Notes: generated by a model not told the origin, from the sequence alone. Shown: positions 43,576-53,493, numbered from the stretch's first letter. The stretch is DNA of 64,000 nucleotides from Oscillospiraceae bacterium (GCA_009780345.1 WRAG01000004.1:19826-83825); one strand, 5' to 3'. Translations and numbers: made by a program.

Positions 43576-43606
43576 TTGACATATATATATATATATATAG
43601 TATAAT
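43576..43606 (+). promoter_or_regulatory. Promoter with an (AT)n tract as spacer
   Basis: TTGACA (43576-43581), 19-nt spacer made of (AT)9.5 (43581-43599), TATAAT (43601-43606). Confidence 0.5.
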
Positions 43607-43661
43607 GGGCTTTGTAGCAGGTTTTAACCAAAATTAATAGGAGAGAGAGTGGTTTATTAAA

Positions 43662-44576
43662 ATGAAAATGAGAATCCTGGCAAGTCTACTGGCAATGTTG
43701 ATGGTGTTTGCGTTATTACCAAGTACGGCAATAACAACGAGCCCAATTCGGGTTATGCTTGATCTGGCCTATTTAGAATTTGATGTTCCGCCGATGATTG
43801 TAAACGATCGAACTATGGTTCCATTTCGCGCGATATTCGAAGCGTTGGGGATGGAAGTTTATTGGGATGATGAAAACAGAGTTGCAAGCGGAGAAATCCC
43901 CGGCGCAAACATTCACGATGGACCTCTTTTGAGGATAGATATTCCTCTTGGCTATGGCCACGCTTTCGTAAATCACGGAGTAGTCATGCTTGACGCTCCC
44001 GCGATTGTTTATAACGGCAGAACAATGGTTCCTGTAAGGTTTATCGCCGAAGCGACAGGAGCAAACGTTGAATGGGGCGAAGTCACAAGAACTGTTTATA
44101 TCAGTTCGTCTTCCGATACCGTTCAAAATGTTAGTACAAATGAAACCTCCGTAGGAGGAAGTGTTTTAGGGCGTTGGGTTGGAACTGATATACGTATGGG
44201 GCAACGCTATTATGATATCGATGTAACAATTCACAGTATTACAAGTACTATTATTCATTTTAGCGGAATAATATCAACAATTGAGGGGAGCAATACAGTC
44301 CCTGCTACTCATCCGGGATTTATCCGACACGATTGGCATTTTAATTTTAACAACGTACACCGCGATTTGTTGTTTAGAAGCAGCGGCGAGAATTTCGGCT
44401 TGAATCAGGACAACCGAACTCAAACAATAATAGTTCCGGGGGCGGTATTTGGAACCGGTATCGTAAATCTTCCGCGTCAAGTCTTTTTGACGGTAAATCT
44501 TAACAATGATACGGTAGGCGTTTCATGGCAGCAAGGAAATTTTATAATGGGACCTGAGCCACTACAAAGACCATAA
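43662..44576 (+). CDS. Secreted protein with copper-amine-oxidase-N-terminal-like (stalk) repeats
   Basis: Signal peptide. Two repeats: VNDRTMVPFRAIFEALGMEVYWD and YNGRTMVPVRFIAEATGANVEWG. Confidence 0.7.
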   Translation: MKMRILASLLAMLMVFALLPSTAITTSPIRVMLDLAYLEFDVPPMIVNDRTMVPFRAIFEALGMEVYWDDENRVASGEIPGANIHDGPLLRIDIPLGYGHAFVNHGVVMLDAPAIVYNGRTMVPVRFIAEATGANVEWGEVTRTVYISSSSDTVQNVSTNETSVGGSVLGRWVGTDIRMGQRYYDIDVTIHSITSTIIHFSGIISTIEGSNTVPATHPGFIRHDWHFNFNNVHRDLLFRSSGENFGLNQDNRTQTIIVPGAVFGTGIVNLPRQVFLTVNLNNDTVGVSWQQGNFIMGPEPLQRP

Positions 44577-44608
44577 AACGATGGTTTTGTAATACTGAAT
44601 CAAAATAC

Positions 44609-44645
44609 AAAAACCCCGTAAAACTTACGTTTTACGGGATTTTTA
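44609..44645 (+). terminator. Intrinsic terminator
   Basis: AAAAACCCCGTAAAAC-ttac-GTTTTACGGGATTTTT. Confidence 0.85.
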
Positions 44646-44764
44646 TATGTATCCGCGTCATGCTTCACTACTCTTTATTTTGAAAACCGCTCTTAAAATG
44701 TTGCCAACAAACTTCGGAACCCTTAAAACGACAACTTTCATAGTCCTTCCTCCTTATTAAATTT

Positions 44765-44953
44765 TCAACGCCGTCTACCGCATCTGCATACCAAAAATAT
44801 TCCGCCCACGATCAATGAAAGCCCCACCATTACAAACATCGCGAATATCGGTATAATATACGCAAGCAGCATACCCAACCCCACCGCGGCAATCACGTAT
44901 CCCGGGTTAAGTCTTTCCCTGCATCCTCTTCTTCTCCCAAACACATCTACCAC
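44765..44953 (-). CDS. Possible small membrane protein
   Basis: 62 aa with two hydrophobic helices flanked by Arg clusters. No clear RBS seen. Confidence 0.3.
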   Translation of the reverse strand: MVDVFGRRRGCRERLNPGYVIAAVGLGMLLAYIIPIFAMFVMVGLSLIVGGIFLVCRCGRRR

Positions 44954-45038
44954 CCTTTATTTATACTTTGTATAACTAATATATTCCGACGAATGAAATT
45001 TGTTCCGTTTGCGCATAATATTTACATAAATTATCATA

Positions 45039-45198
45039 GGGAGTGCCTTTAAAATGTTAACCATCATCTTTCCGGCTCATTTTCCGCCCAATTGCGTTAA
45101 AAATTTTTGCAATACACAAAGTATTACTGCAAATTTTTGCCTTGTTGAGCAAAAAATGCGCTCGAAAATCTGATGATTTCCATTTTAAAGACACCCCC
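45039..45198. repeat. Inverted-repeat-bounded ~160-bp element upstream of the oxidoreductase gene
   Basis: GGGAGTGCCTTTAAAATG..CATCATC (left) versus GATGAT..CATTTTAAAGACACCCCC (right). GTGCCTTTAAAAT recurs at ~63580. Confidence 0.5.
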
Positions 45199-45261
45199 TG
45201 TTGTTAACATAATATATTCGGCAAGTTAACATAATTTTCGAAATATTTCAAGGAGGTTTTT

Positions 45262-46275
45262 ATGTCAACTGAAAAGTTAAAATTGGCGGTGATCGGAACG
45301 GGGTTTGCGTGGGACAGGCTTCACTATCCCGCGCTTCGTGAACTTTCGGACAAATACGAAATCACGGCGGTGTGCAATAAAACCATCGACAAGGCACAAT
45401 CCTTCGCGCAAGGTATCAACCTGCCGCCCGACAGGGTTTACAGCAATTACAGCGAGATGTTGCGGCGAGACGATATTGACGTGGTGGATGTTTTGGTTCC
45501 CATTTCGGAAAATTTCGAGGTCGCGCGGGACGTTCTGCTCGCCGGCAAGAACCTAATCGCCGAAAAACCGTTCGCAGCAACGCTTGATGGCGCGAACGAA
45601 CTGCTCGAAATCAAGAATCGCAACAACCTAAAGGTGATGGTTGCCGAAAACTATCGTTACGACGATGGAAACCGGATCATCAAGGACATCATTTCAAGCG
45701 GCAAAATCGGCGAGGTGACTCACTTTACGCTTGATAAAAGCACCGATTTCCCAACCGAGATGTTAGGCGACACATTTTCAGCAAAAGAATGGCGGCAGCA
45801 TCCGAATTTCAATGGCGGAATCTTCTTGGATAGCGGCGTTCACGACGTCGCGCTTATGCGGTTCCTCTTCGGCGACGTTGCGTGCGTTTACGCCGTCGGG
45901 CGCCCGCAAGACGAGGATTTCTGCCCGTACAGCGTAATAAGCACACTTCTGACTTTCAAAAATAGCGTTACGGGAAGCTATACCTTCCGTTCAACCGCAA
46001 AGGCGTTGGTTGAACCGCCCATCGGACTTCGGATTTTCGGAACGCTTGGCGAAATTTACTTGGAAAGCAAGGAGTGCGGCGTTGTAAACGTGCGCTATAA
46101 AGACGGACGGAGCGAAGACTTGAATTACACGCCGGAGCGAGGGTATTATAACGAATTGCTGAACTTTTACGATGGCAATATCGTTTCGACGCCGGAGAAG
46201 GAGATTGGGGATATTGCGTTGGTGTTTGATATTTTGAAATCTATGGAGAGTAGCGAGGTGATACATCATGGCTAA
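45262..46275 (+). CDS. Gfo/Idh/MocA-family oxidoreductase
   Basis: N-terminal Rossmann fold LKLAVIGTGFAW.. and ..AEKPFA.. motif. 337 aa. Confidence 0.85.
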   Translation: MSTEKLKLAVIGTGFAWDRLHYPALRELSDKYEITAVCNKTIDKAQSFAQGINLPPDRVYSNYSEMLRRDDIDVVDVLVPISENFEVARDVLLAGKNLIAEKPFAATLDGANELLEIKNRNNLKVMVAENYRYDDGNRIIKDIISSGKIGEVTHFTLDKSTDFPTEMLGDTFSAKEWRQHPNFNGGIFLDSGVHDVALMRFLFGDVACVYAVGRPQDEDFCPYSVISTLLTFKNSVTGSYTFRSTAKALVEPPIGLRIFGTLGEIYLESKECGVVNVRYKDGRSEDLNYTPERGYYNELLNFYDGNIVSTPEKEIGDIALVFDILKSMESSEVIHHG

Positions 46276-46423
46276 GGCGGGAATGAGGCGGCCTGATCCA
46301 AAAGAGCCGCACGGCACGGAAAGTAACAAAAAGATGAACGTTCCGAAGAACGATGTCTGCCCTGTTGCCGAATTGCAAGGTAAGGCAAAGTCGGGGAAGA
46401 GTAAAGCAAAATCGCGCCCATAA
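46268..46423 (+). CDS. Possible small basic protein (51 aa, below track cutoff)
   Basis: ATG overlaps the upstream stop (catcATGgcTAA). Reads MAKAGMRRPDPKEPHGTESNKK... and ends in the terminator stem. Confidence 0.3.
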   Translation: MAKAGMRRPDPKEPHGTESNKKMNVPKNDVCPVAELQGKAKSGKSKAKSRP

Positions 46424-46436
46424 GGGCGCGATTTTT
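46407..46436 (+). terminator. Intrinsic terminator
   Basis: AAAATCGCGCCC-ataa-GGGCGCGATTTTTT. Confidence 0.85.
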
Positions 46437-46565
46437 TCGTTGAAACAACGCGTTTTACAGAATTTCTTTACACGTTTTTTACAAAACCAAAAAAAAGTTT
46501 GACATTTTAGGGAAATAAAGGTATAATATCCAAAGAAATATACGAAACAATGGATAAAACTACAA

Positions 46566-47324
46566 TTGGAGTTGTATCTTATTATGACTGAATGGTTTGC
46601 AAATTTGTCACATCATTTTTATCGAAATTTTATATATGACAACCGTTGGGAATGGTTGTTAGATGGTTTATGGGTTACGGTGCGGGTTTCAATTGCCGGT
46701 ATCATTTTGGGAATTATTTTAGGTTGCATTGTCGCGGCGATGAGATTGTCGAAAGTAAATATTTTCGGCAAGTATTTCGGTCTCGGGGGTATAGATAAAG
46801 TTATTAATAAAATTTTACGGATAATTTCTTATTTATACCTTGATATTGTCCGCGGAACGCCGTCGGTAACACAGATTTTCATTTGGTATTTTGTGTTTTT
46901 TGCGCCCACCAATGTTCCTCGAATCATCGTTGCCATTATTGCCATCGGTTTTAATAGCGGAGCGTATGTTGCCGAAATTATGCGGGCAGGCGTTTTGTCC
47001 ATTGATAAGGGACAAACAGAGGCAGGGCGGTCATTGGGACTAACTTCGTTTAGCACAATGGGGTTTATCGTAATGCCACAAGCGGTAAAAAATGTTTTAC
47101 CCGCATTGGTAAACGAGTTTATCGTACTTATAAAAGAAACTGCGATTATCAGTTTTATTGCCGTTCAAGATTTAAACAGAGCTGCTGTTGTTATAAGAGG
47201 GCGAACTTTTCACGCATGGATGCCGATAATAGCGGCGGCGGTTATATACTATATCATCATTAAAATACTTACAATATTTTTAAGAAGGTTAGAGAAAAAA
47301 ATCAGACAATCGGACGCGAGGTGA
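46566..47324 (+). CDS. Amino-acid ABC transporter permease (His/Glu/Gln/Arg family)
   Basis: [42 protein letters not shown] (EAA loop region). Confidence 0.85.
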   Translation: MELYLIMTEWFANLSHHFYRNFIYDNRWEWLLDGLWVTVRVSIAGIILGIILGCIVAAMRLSKVNIFGKYFGLGGIDKVINKILRIISYLYLDIVRGTPSVTQIFIWYFVFFAPTNVPRIIVAIIAIGFNSGAYVAEIMRAGVLSIDKGQTEAGRSLGLTSFSTMGFIVMPQAVKNVLPALVNEFIVLIKETAIISFIAVQDLNRAAVVIRGRTFHAWMPIIAAAVIYYIIIKILTIFLRRLEKKIRQSDAR

Positions 47325-47331
47325 GGCACCC

Positions 47332-48069
47332 ATGATTAAAGTAAAAAACTTACATAAACGGTTTGGGAAACTTGAGGTGCTTTGCGGTATCGATGTGCAT
47401 ATCGAACAAGGCGAAAAGGTCGTTGTCGTCGGGCCGTCGGGTTCGGGGAAGAGCACATTTTTGCGATGTTTGAACCTGCTTGAAACGCCCACCGCCGGCG
47501 AAATATGGATTGAGGACGACTGCATTTTTTCGGATGAAATCAAGCATAACAAGACCAACGTAAACTTGATTCGTCAGAATATGGGAATGGTTTTTCAGCA
47601 GTTTAATCTGTTTCCACACTTGACGGTAATGCAAAATATCACGCTTGCGCCGATTAAGCTTAAAAAACGCTCGAAAAGCGAAGCGTATCAGCTTGGTTTG
47701 TCATTGCTTGAGCGGGTTGGACTGCTTGATAAGGAAAACTCCTATCCCGCGCAACTCTCGGGCGGACAGAAGCAAAGAATCGCTATCGCTCGCGCGCTTG
47801 CCATGGAACCGTCGATAATGTTGTTTGACGAGCCGACGTCGGCGCTTGACCCGGAGATGGTCGGGGAAGTTTTGGAGGTTATGAAAGGTTTGGCGAACGA
47901 TGGAATGACCATGGTTGTCGTAACGCACGAGATGGGATTCGCGAAAGAAGTCGGGTCGCGGGTTTTGTTTATGGATCAAGGGATCATCGTTGAGCAAAAC
48001 ACGCCGGAAGAGCTGTTTTCTAATCCGCAGAACGAGCGAACGCAAGCATTTTTGAGTAAAATTTTGTAG
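47332..48069 (+). CDS. Amino-acid ABC transporter ATP-binding protein
   Basis: Walker [10 protein letters not shown], signature LSGGQKQR, Walker [12 protein letters not shown]. GlnQ-like length. Confidence 0.9.
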   Translation: MIKVKNLHKRFGKLEVLCGIDVHIEQGEKVVVVGPSGSGKSTFLRCLNLLETPTAGEIWIEDDCIFSDEIKHNKTNVNLIRQNMGMVFQQFNLFPHLTVMQNITLAPIKLKKRSKSEAYQLGLSLLERVGLLDKENSYPAQLSGGQKQRIAIARALAMEPSIMLFDEPTSALDPEMVGEVLEVMKGLANDGMTMVVVTHEMGFAKEVGSRVLFMDQGIIVEQNTPEELFSNPQNERTQAFLSKIL

Positions 48070-48075
48070 CGGACA

Positions 48076-48126
48076 AATCGCCCGAATGGGCACCGCCGGC
48101 TCGGCGGACTCTAATGACGGACATCA
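48076..48126 (+). repeat. R2 structured element, copy 3 (internally deleted)
   Basis: AATCGCCCGAATGGGCACCGCCGGCTCGGCGGACTCTAATGACGGACATCA, 7 nt after the ATPase stop. Lacks the CCGGGAaacaTCCCGG hairpin. Confidence 0.7.
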
Positions 48127-48257
48127 CAGCGAACGAAGTGCACTATTTAAAATGTCATATTCTGCACAAAGTTGGACTATACTGTAATGCGATGTATAAT
48201 GCGATGAGTTGAAAAAATTAAAATTAATATATTTTCTTAGGAAAGGAAATGGTAGCA

Positions 48258-48520
48258 TGAACAAAGCGGTAAAATGGATTATTTGGTTAATAGTAATTGC
48301 GTTGGTAGTGTGGGGATTATGGGCTTGGCTCGGCGGCAACGGCGAAGAACCTTATGATCCTGACGAAAACGGTGAAACAACTACGGTAGTTACTCCGGGT
48401 GAAAATGGCGATAACGATGATAACGGAGATGACGACGGCGAGACTAACGACGAAGATGATGACGACAATGGTGATGATGACAACGGCGAAGATGACGACG
48501 ATAACGGAGACGACGATTAA
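48258..48520 (+). CDS. Membrane-anchored protein with poly-acidic D/N/G/E tail
   Basis: ATG at 48258 after AGGAAAGGAAA. One TM helix (WIIWLIVIALVVWGLWAWL), then ..GDNDDNGDDDGETNDEDDDDNGDDDNGEDDDDNGDDD. Confidence 0.45.
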
Positions 48521-48549
48521 TTTTTGATTTGAAAGGATATGGTTAACAT

Positions 48550-49428
48550 ATGAAAAAGGCTATTATTTGGATATTGGTAATTGCAATTATTGCGGTTGGT
48601 GTATGGGCAATATTTTTCCGCAACGGAGATGACAACGGTTACGAAAATGGCGAAGAAAACGGCACGGTTACAGGAATGCATACGAACGACCCGCTTTATG
48701 GCTTAGTTTTCAACATTACTCCTGTAGATTTTGACGGCGAAACGGCTAATGACGGATTTTTGACTATGGGAACTAACGCGGACTTCGCTCCGTTTGAGTT
48801 TGCGTCAAATTCTCCGTGGTCTGTTGACAGAGTTGACGGCATCGACGTAAGAATCGCGGGTTTAATCGCTGAAGCGTTAGGATTAGAGCTTAGAGTTTCT
48901 GACATGGATTTCGGCGCGATTATACCGGCTGTTCAGGCCGGAACTGTTGACATCGGTATCGCGGGAATGACTATAACTGCAGAACGCGCGGAAAACGTAA
49001 ACTTTACTACGGCTTACTACACCGCTTCTCAAGTTATCATCGCGCGCGAAGACAATGAAATCGAAAGCGCGGCGGATTTAGTAGGTTTGAGAGTTGGCGT
49101 TGTTGTAAATTACACCGGTGATATTATTGTTTCTGATATGGACGGCGTAACTGAAATTATTCGTTCTAATTCAGGCGTTGAATCTGTGCTAGAGCTTGTT
49201 AACGGTAGAGTTGACGCTGTTGTAATCGACAGAGCGCCTGCGGAAGCAATGATTGCGCAACATCAAGGTCTTGTGACCATCGAAGATTCTAGCGCTTTTG
49301 AAAGCGAGAATTATGGAATGGCTATCAGACTTGATAATCTTGAGCTTCTTAACGCTGTTAACGCTGTTCTAAGACAAATGATTGACAACGGATATATTGA
49401 CGCGATTTCTGCGGCGTATATGATGTAA
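48550..49428 (+). CDS. Amino-acid ABC transporter substrate-binding protein (family 3), TM-anchored
   Basis: N-terminal TM anchor then an SBP_bac_3-like domain (..GTNADFAPFEF.., ..DIGIAGMTITAERAENVNFT..). Confidence 0.8.
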   Translation: MKKAIIWILVIAIIAVGVWAIFFRNGDDNGYENGEENGTVTGMHTNDPLYGLVFNITPVDFDGETANDGFLTMGTNADFAPFEFASNSPWSVDRVDGIDVRIAGLIAEALGLELRVSDMDFGAIIPAVQAGTVDIGIAGMTITAERAENVNFTTAYYTASQVIIAREDNEIESAADLVGLRVGVVVNYTGDIIVSDMDGVTEIIRSNSGVESVLELVNGRVDAVVIDRAPAEAMIAQHQGLVTIEDSSAFESENYGMAIRLDNLELLNAVNAVLRQMIDNGYIDAISAAYMM

Positions 49429-49445
49429 AACAAAAAATAATAACT

Positions 49446-49486
49446 ATAAAAAAGTAAACTCCGGCTAAACCGGGGTTTACTTTTTT
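49446..49486. terminator. Bidirectional intrinsic terminator
   Basis: AACTATAAAAAAGTAAACTCCGG-ctaa-ACCGGGGTTTACTTTTTTATAGTT. Confidence 0.85.
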
Positions 49487-49626
49487 ATAGTTATTTTGCT
49501 ACCGCGTTACACTATAAATTTTTACATAAATTTTACAAAACTATGATGTTTAACTTTACATTAATCTGTTAAATTAAACTTATACTTATTAAAAGCAAAT
49601 ATTTAGGCAGATGGAGGATGATTTAA

Positions 49627-50478
49627 TTGAAAAAGTTACTAAGCTTAGGGATAATAATGGCGATTTTGGCAATAGTTGTATTTGCAGGTTGTGGCGGAAA
49701 TGGAAACGACTCAGACGAAACAGGCGCGATGAGAGGTTTAATCAACGTTGTTACTCGTGAGGACGGAAGCGGAACACGTACCGCATTCGTAGATATGCTG
49801 GGCATTGACGACATTTGGAGTGAGGCAAATGTGCAAAATGGAACATCGGCGGTTATCAATACTGTTGCGAGTTCAAATATTTCTATCGGTTATTCGTCGT
49901 TAGGCTCTATTGAAGGAAATAGTGCTGTTCGCACAATAACTATTGACGGAGTTGCTCCGACGGCCGCAACAATCAGAAGCGGCGCTTATCCGATTTCTCG
50001 TGATTTCAGAATAGTTACAACCGACGTAAACGATGTCACTCAAGATTTTATTGATTTTATTTTTTCTGCAAATGGTCAGGCAATCGTTGACGATTCTTAT
50101 ATAGCTGTTGACGAAAACGCTCCTACATTTGACGGCGGAAATGTTTCGGGAACCATCGTTGTCGGCGGCTCAACTTCCGTCGCTCCGCTTTTAATGAATC
50201 TTGCGAGAGCTTATATGGAGCTTAACGAAAACGTTAGAATTGAAGTTCAGCCACTTGGTTCAACCGCCGGCATTAACGGCGCGATTGAAGGCACTTTCGA
50301 TATCGGTTTAACCAGCCGCCCTATGACGGCGACAGAGTTGGCAAAAGCAACCGAAACAATAATTGCCGTTGATGGTATTGCGGTTATCGTGCCTGGCTCT
50401 AACCCTATTACAGGGTTGACGAAAGCGCAGGTTGCCGACATATTCACAGGCGTAGTTGAACGTTGGGAAGAATTATAA
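49627..50478 (+). CDS. pstS: Phosphate ABC transporter substrate-binding lipoprotein
   Basis: Lipobox VFAGC. REDGSGTRTAF and VGGSTSVAPL blocks. TTG start. Confidence 0.8.
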   Translation: MKKLLSLGIIMAILAIVVFAGCGGNGNDSDETGAMRGLINVVTREDGSGTRTAFVDMLGIDDIWSEANVQNGTSAVINTVASSNISIGYSSLGSIEGNSAVRTITIDGVAPTAATIRSGAYPISRDFRIVTTDVNDVTQDFIDFIFSANGQAIVDDSYIAVDENAPTFDGGNVSGTIVVGGSTSVAPLLMNLARAYMELNENVRIEVQPLGSTAGINGAIEGTFDIGLTSRPMTATELAKATETIIAVDGIAVIVPGSNPITGLTKAQVADIFTGVVERWEEL

Positions 50479-50481
50479 ACA

Positions 50482-51339
50482 ATGAAAAATTTTAAAGAAA
50501 ACTTAATGCGTATAGTGTTTTTCATATCAGCGTTAGCGTCGGTTGCGGCGGTGGCGTTGATATGTTTGTTTTTATTTGCGAACGGATTTCCGGCAATGCG
50601 TGAAATTGGGTTTGTCAACTTTTTGTTAGGACAAGTTTGGGCGCCGGGAAGGGGATATTACGGCATATTGCCGTTTATTCTCGGAAGCATTTATGTAACG
50701 GCAGGCGCAATAGTTGTCGGCGTTCCGATTGGAATTATTTCCGCTGTATTTATGTCGCGATTTTGTCCGAAAAGGACGTATAAGCTTATTAAGCCCGCAA
50801 TTAATCTTTTGGCGGGAATTCCGTCGGTTGTTTATGGATTTTTCGGACTTGTTGTGCTTGTTCCGCTGATAATGGGGCTTCCGTTTGAAATGCGGTCGGG
50901 GCAAACGATGTTAGCCGCATCGCTTTTACTCGGAATTATGATTCTTCCGACGGTTATTGCGGTTTCGGAGTCCGCGCTTCGCTCTGTACCTGAATCGTAT
51001 TACGAGGGTGCATTAGCATTAGGCGCGTCGCACGAGCGAAGCGTATACTTTTGCGTTCTTCCGGCGGCCAGAAGCGGAATTTTCGCCGCCGTGATTTTAG
51101 GAATCGGACGCGCAATCGGCGAAACGATGGCGGTTATTATGGTCGCGGGAAACCAACCGAGAATGCCCGCCGGACTTCTTTCGGGAGTCAGAACAATGAC
51201 AGCGAATATTGGATTAGAAATGAGTTACGCGGGAGGATTGCACCGCGACGCGTTGATTGCGACCGGCGTTGTGTTGTTCGTATTCATATTAATTATAAAT
51301 TGGTCTTTTTCAATGCTTAAAAGGAGTATGGAACAATGA
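50482..51339 (+). CDS. pstC: Phosphate ABC transporter permease PstC
   Basis: ..ESYYEGALALGASHERSVYFCVLPAARSGI.. (EAA loop). 6 TM helices. Confidence 0.85.
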   Translation: MKNFKENLMRIVFFISALASVAAVALICLFLFANGFPAMREIGFVNFLLGQVWAPGRGYYGILPFILGSIYVTAGAIVVGVPIGIISAVFMSRFCPKRTYKLIKPAINLLAGIPSVVYGFFGLVVLVPLIMGLPFEMRSGQTMLAASLLLGIMILPTVIAVSESALRSVPESYYEGALALGASHERSVYFCVLPAARSGIFAAVILGIGRAIGETMAVIMVAGNQPRMPAGLLSGVRTMTANIGLEMSYAGGLHRDALIATGVVLFVFILIINWSFSMLKRSMEQ

Positions 51340-52196
51340 GAAACAAAACTACAAGAAAACCTATCGATATCGTGTTTCGCTGCATCACTTACTTTGCTAT
51401 ATCCATGACATTATTCGCGCTGATTTATATTATCGGATATATTTTGTTCAGCGGACTTCCGCATTTGCGTCCAAGTTTGTTTTCATTCAACCCGCCGCTT
51501 GATTCTATTTCCATTACACCGCCGATAATATCAACGATAATTTTGATTTTCTCTGCTTTGATTATTGCGGTTCCGCTTGGGATATTCGCGGCGATTTATC
51601 TTGTAGAATACGCGAAAAGAGATAATAAAGTTGTGAAAATAATTCGACTGACAACCGAAACTTTGGCGGGAATTCCGTCGATTGTATATGGATTGTTCGG
51701 TTGGCTGTTTTTAGTAATCTTTTTAGGGTGGTCGCAATCGCTCCTCGCAGGCGCGATAACCGTTTCAATTATGGTTCTTCCGCTTATTATACGAACGACC
51801 GAGGAAGCGTTGAAATCGGTTTCGGACAGTTTTCGCGAAGGTTCGTTCGGGCTTGGCGCGGGACGGCTTAGAACGGTGTTTCGCATTGTTTTGCCGAGCG
51901 CGATTCCCGGCATACTTGCGGGAGTTATTCTTGCGATCGGCAGAATCGCGGGCGAAACTGCGGCGTTGCTTCTTACCGCCGGTGGTTCGCCGGCGTCAAC
52001 AATTTTTCCTACAAGTATTTTCGATTCGGTTCGCCCGTTATCGGTTCATATGTACTTGTTGGTTATGGAGCCTGCGCCGGGCTATTTTGACGAATCGCGT
52101 AACGCGGCTTACGCGACGGCGGTTGTGTTGCTTATTACGGTTGTTGGTATAAACGCGCTGTCTGCATTCGTTGCGAAACGATTAGCGAAAGGGTAA
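51336..52196 (+). CDS. pstA: Phosphate ABC transporter permease PstA
   Basis: ..DSFREGSFGLGAGRLRTVFRIVLPSAIPGI... 4-nt overlap with pstC. Confidence 0.85.
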   Translation: MRNKTTRKPIDIVFRCITYFAISMTLFALIYIIGYILFSGLPHLRPSLFSFNPPLDSISITPPIISTIILIFSALIIAVPLGIFAAIYLVEYAKRDNKVVKIIRLTTETLAGIPSIVYGLFGWLFLVIFLGWSQSLLAGAITVSIMVLPLIIRTTEEALKSVSDSFREGSFGLGAGRLRTVFRIVLPSAIPGILAGVILAIGRIAGETAALLLTAGGSPASTIFPTSIFDSVRPLSVHMYLLVMEPAPGYFDESRNAAYATAVVLLITVVGINALSAFVAKRLAKG

Positions 52197-52214
52197 CTTT
52201 AATTTTTGCATATT

Positions 52215-52252
52215 AAAAACCGAGAATGGCAGTTGCCGATTCTCGGTTTTTT
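52215..52252. terminator. Bidirectional intrinsic terminator
   Basis: AAAAACCGAGAATGGCAgtTGCCGATTCTCGGTTTTTT. Confidence 0.85.
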
Positions 52253-52275
52253 AATTAATATTTCAAATTCATATT

Positions 52276-53493
52276 TTATTTTTGTCCTGCCAGGTAGGCA
52301 GTTGAGAATGCGATTTGCAGGTTAAAGCCGCCGGTGTAGGCATCGACGTCTATCACTTCGCCGCAGAAGTAGAGTCCTTCGATAAGTTTTGACTGCATTG
52401 TGGACGGGTCGATTTCCTTTGTCGAAACACCGCCGGAGGTTATAATTGCCTCGTCAATCGGGCGGAAGCCTTTGATTGTAACGGTTAGTGATTTTAGGAG
52501 GCTAGCTAGCGTGCCGCGTTGCTCTCTCGTCACCGAATGGGTTTTCAGCTCGGGCGGAATGTTTGACAGTTTGATAATTACGTCGATTAGGCGTTGCGGC
52601 AGTAGGTCGACGAGGCAATTTTTGAAATCCTTGTTTTGATATTTCAAAAAATCGCGCTGGATTCGTAAGTCCAGTTGTTCGTGCGTTAATGCGGGTTTTA
52701 GGTCAATGTGGAGTTTGAATCCGTCGATATTGCCACGCGCGTGAGCGCTTGCGGACAGAACAACCGGCCCAGACACTCCGAAGTGAGTGAAAATCATCTC
52801 GCCAAAGTCGGTGTATGCCGTTTTTCCGGCTTTATCAGTGAGTGTGATCGCGATGTTTTTCAGTGATAATCCCATCAGTTCCGGCACCCATTTTTCGGTC
52901 GTTTCGAGCGGCACAAGCGACGGTTTCGGCGGCACGATTGTGTGTCCGACTGCGCGGGCGAACCTGTATCCATCGCCGGTGGAGCCGGTTTGCGGGTATG
53001 ATAATCCTCCGGTGGCGATTATCACTTTGTCGGCGTTGAATATTTCACCGTTTGCGAGTTTCGCGCCGGAGATTTTGCCGGTTTGCGTTAGAATGTCGCT
53101 GACTACGGCGGTTTTGAACTCTACATTTCCGTTTGCGCAGAATTTTCGCAGCGCGTTTACGATGTCGGCGGATTTATCGGATGTCGGGAAAACTCGCTCG
53201 CCGCGTTCGACTTTCAGCGGAACTCTTAATTCTTCGAAAAACCGTATGGTGGCGGCGTTTGTAAAGGTATAGAACGCGCTGTACAAAAACGTGCCATTTT
53301 GCGGCACGTTTCGAATCAGGGTTTCGACATCGTCGCAAGCGTTGGTGACGTTGCACCGACCCTTGCCTGTGATTGCCAACTTTTTCCCCAATGTTTTATT
53401 TTTCTCGATTAGGATAACTTTGTTTCCGTTGCTTGCGGCAACTCCGGCGGCCATCATGCCCGCCGCGCCGCCGCCGATTATGATTGTTTTCAT
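52276..53493 (-). CDS. HI0933/BaiN-like NAD(P)/FAD-dependent flavoprotein
   Basis: Start MKTIIIGGGAAGMMAAG at 53493 (GGAGA RBS). ..ITGKGRCNVTN.. and C-terminal ..YFCGEVIDVDAYTGGFNLQ... Confidence 0.8.
   Translation of the reverse strand: MKTIIIGGGAAGMMAAGVAASNGNKVILIEKNKTLGKKLAITGKGRCNVTNACDDVETLIRNVPQNGTFLYSAFYTFTNAATIRFFEELRVPLKVERGERVFPTSDKSADIVNALRKFCANGNVEFKTAVVSDILTQTGKISGAKLANGEIFNADKVIIATGGLSYPQTGSTGDGYRFARAVGHTIVPPKPSLVPLETTEKWVPELMGLSLKNIAITLTDKAGKTAYTDFGEMIFTHFGVSGPVVLSASAHARGNIDGFKLHIDLKPALTHEQLDLRIQRDFLKYQNKDFKNCLVDLLPQRLIDVIIKLSNIPPELKTHSVTREQRGTLASLLKSLTVTIKGFRPIDEAIITSGGVSTKEIDPSTMQSKLIEGLYFCGEVIDVDAYTGGFNLQIAFSTAYLAGQK

Noticed and set aside
49541-49626. Pho-box-like TTTACA/TTAAC repeats upstream of pstS
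   Set aside because: Only one good hexamer is present, and the spacing does not give the expected ~11-bp periodic direct repeats in this AT-rich stretch.
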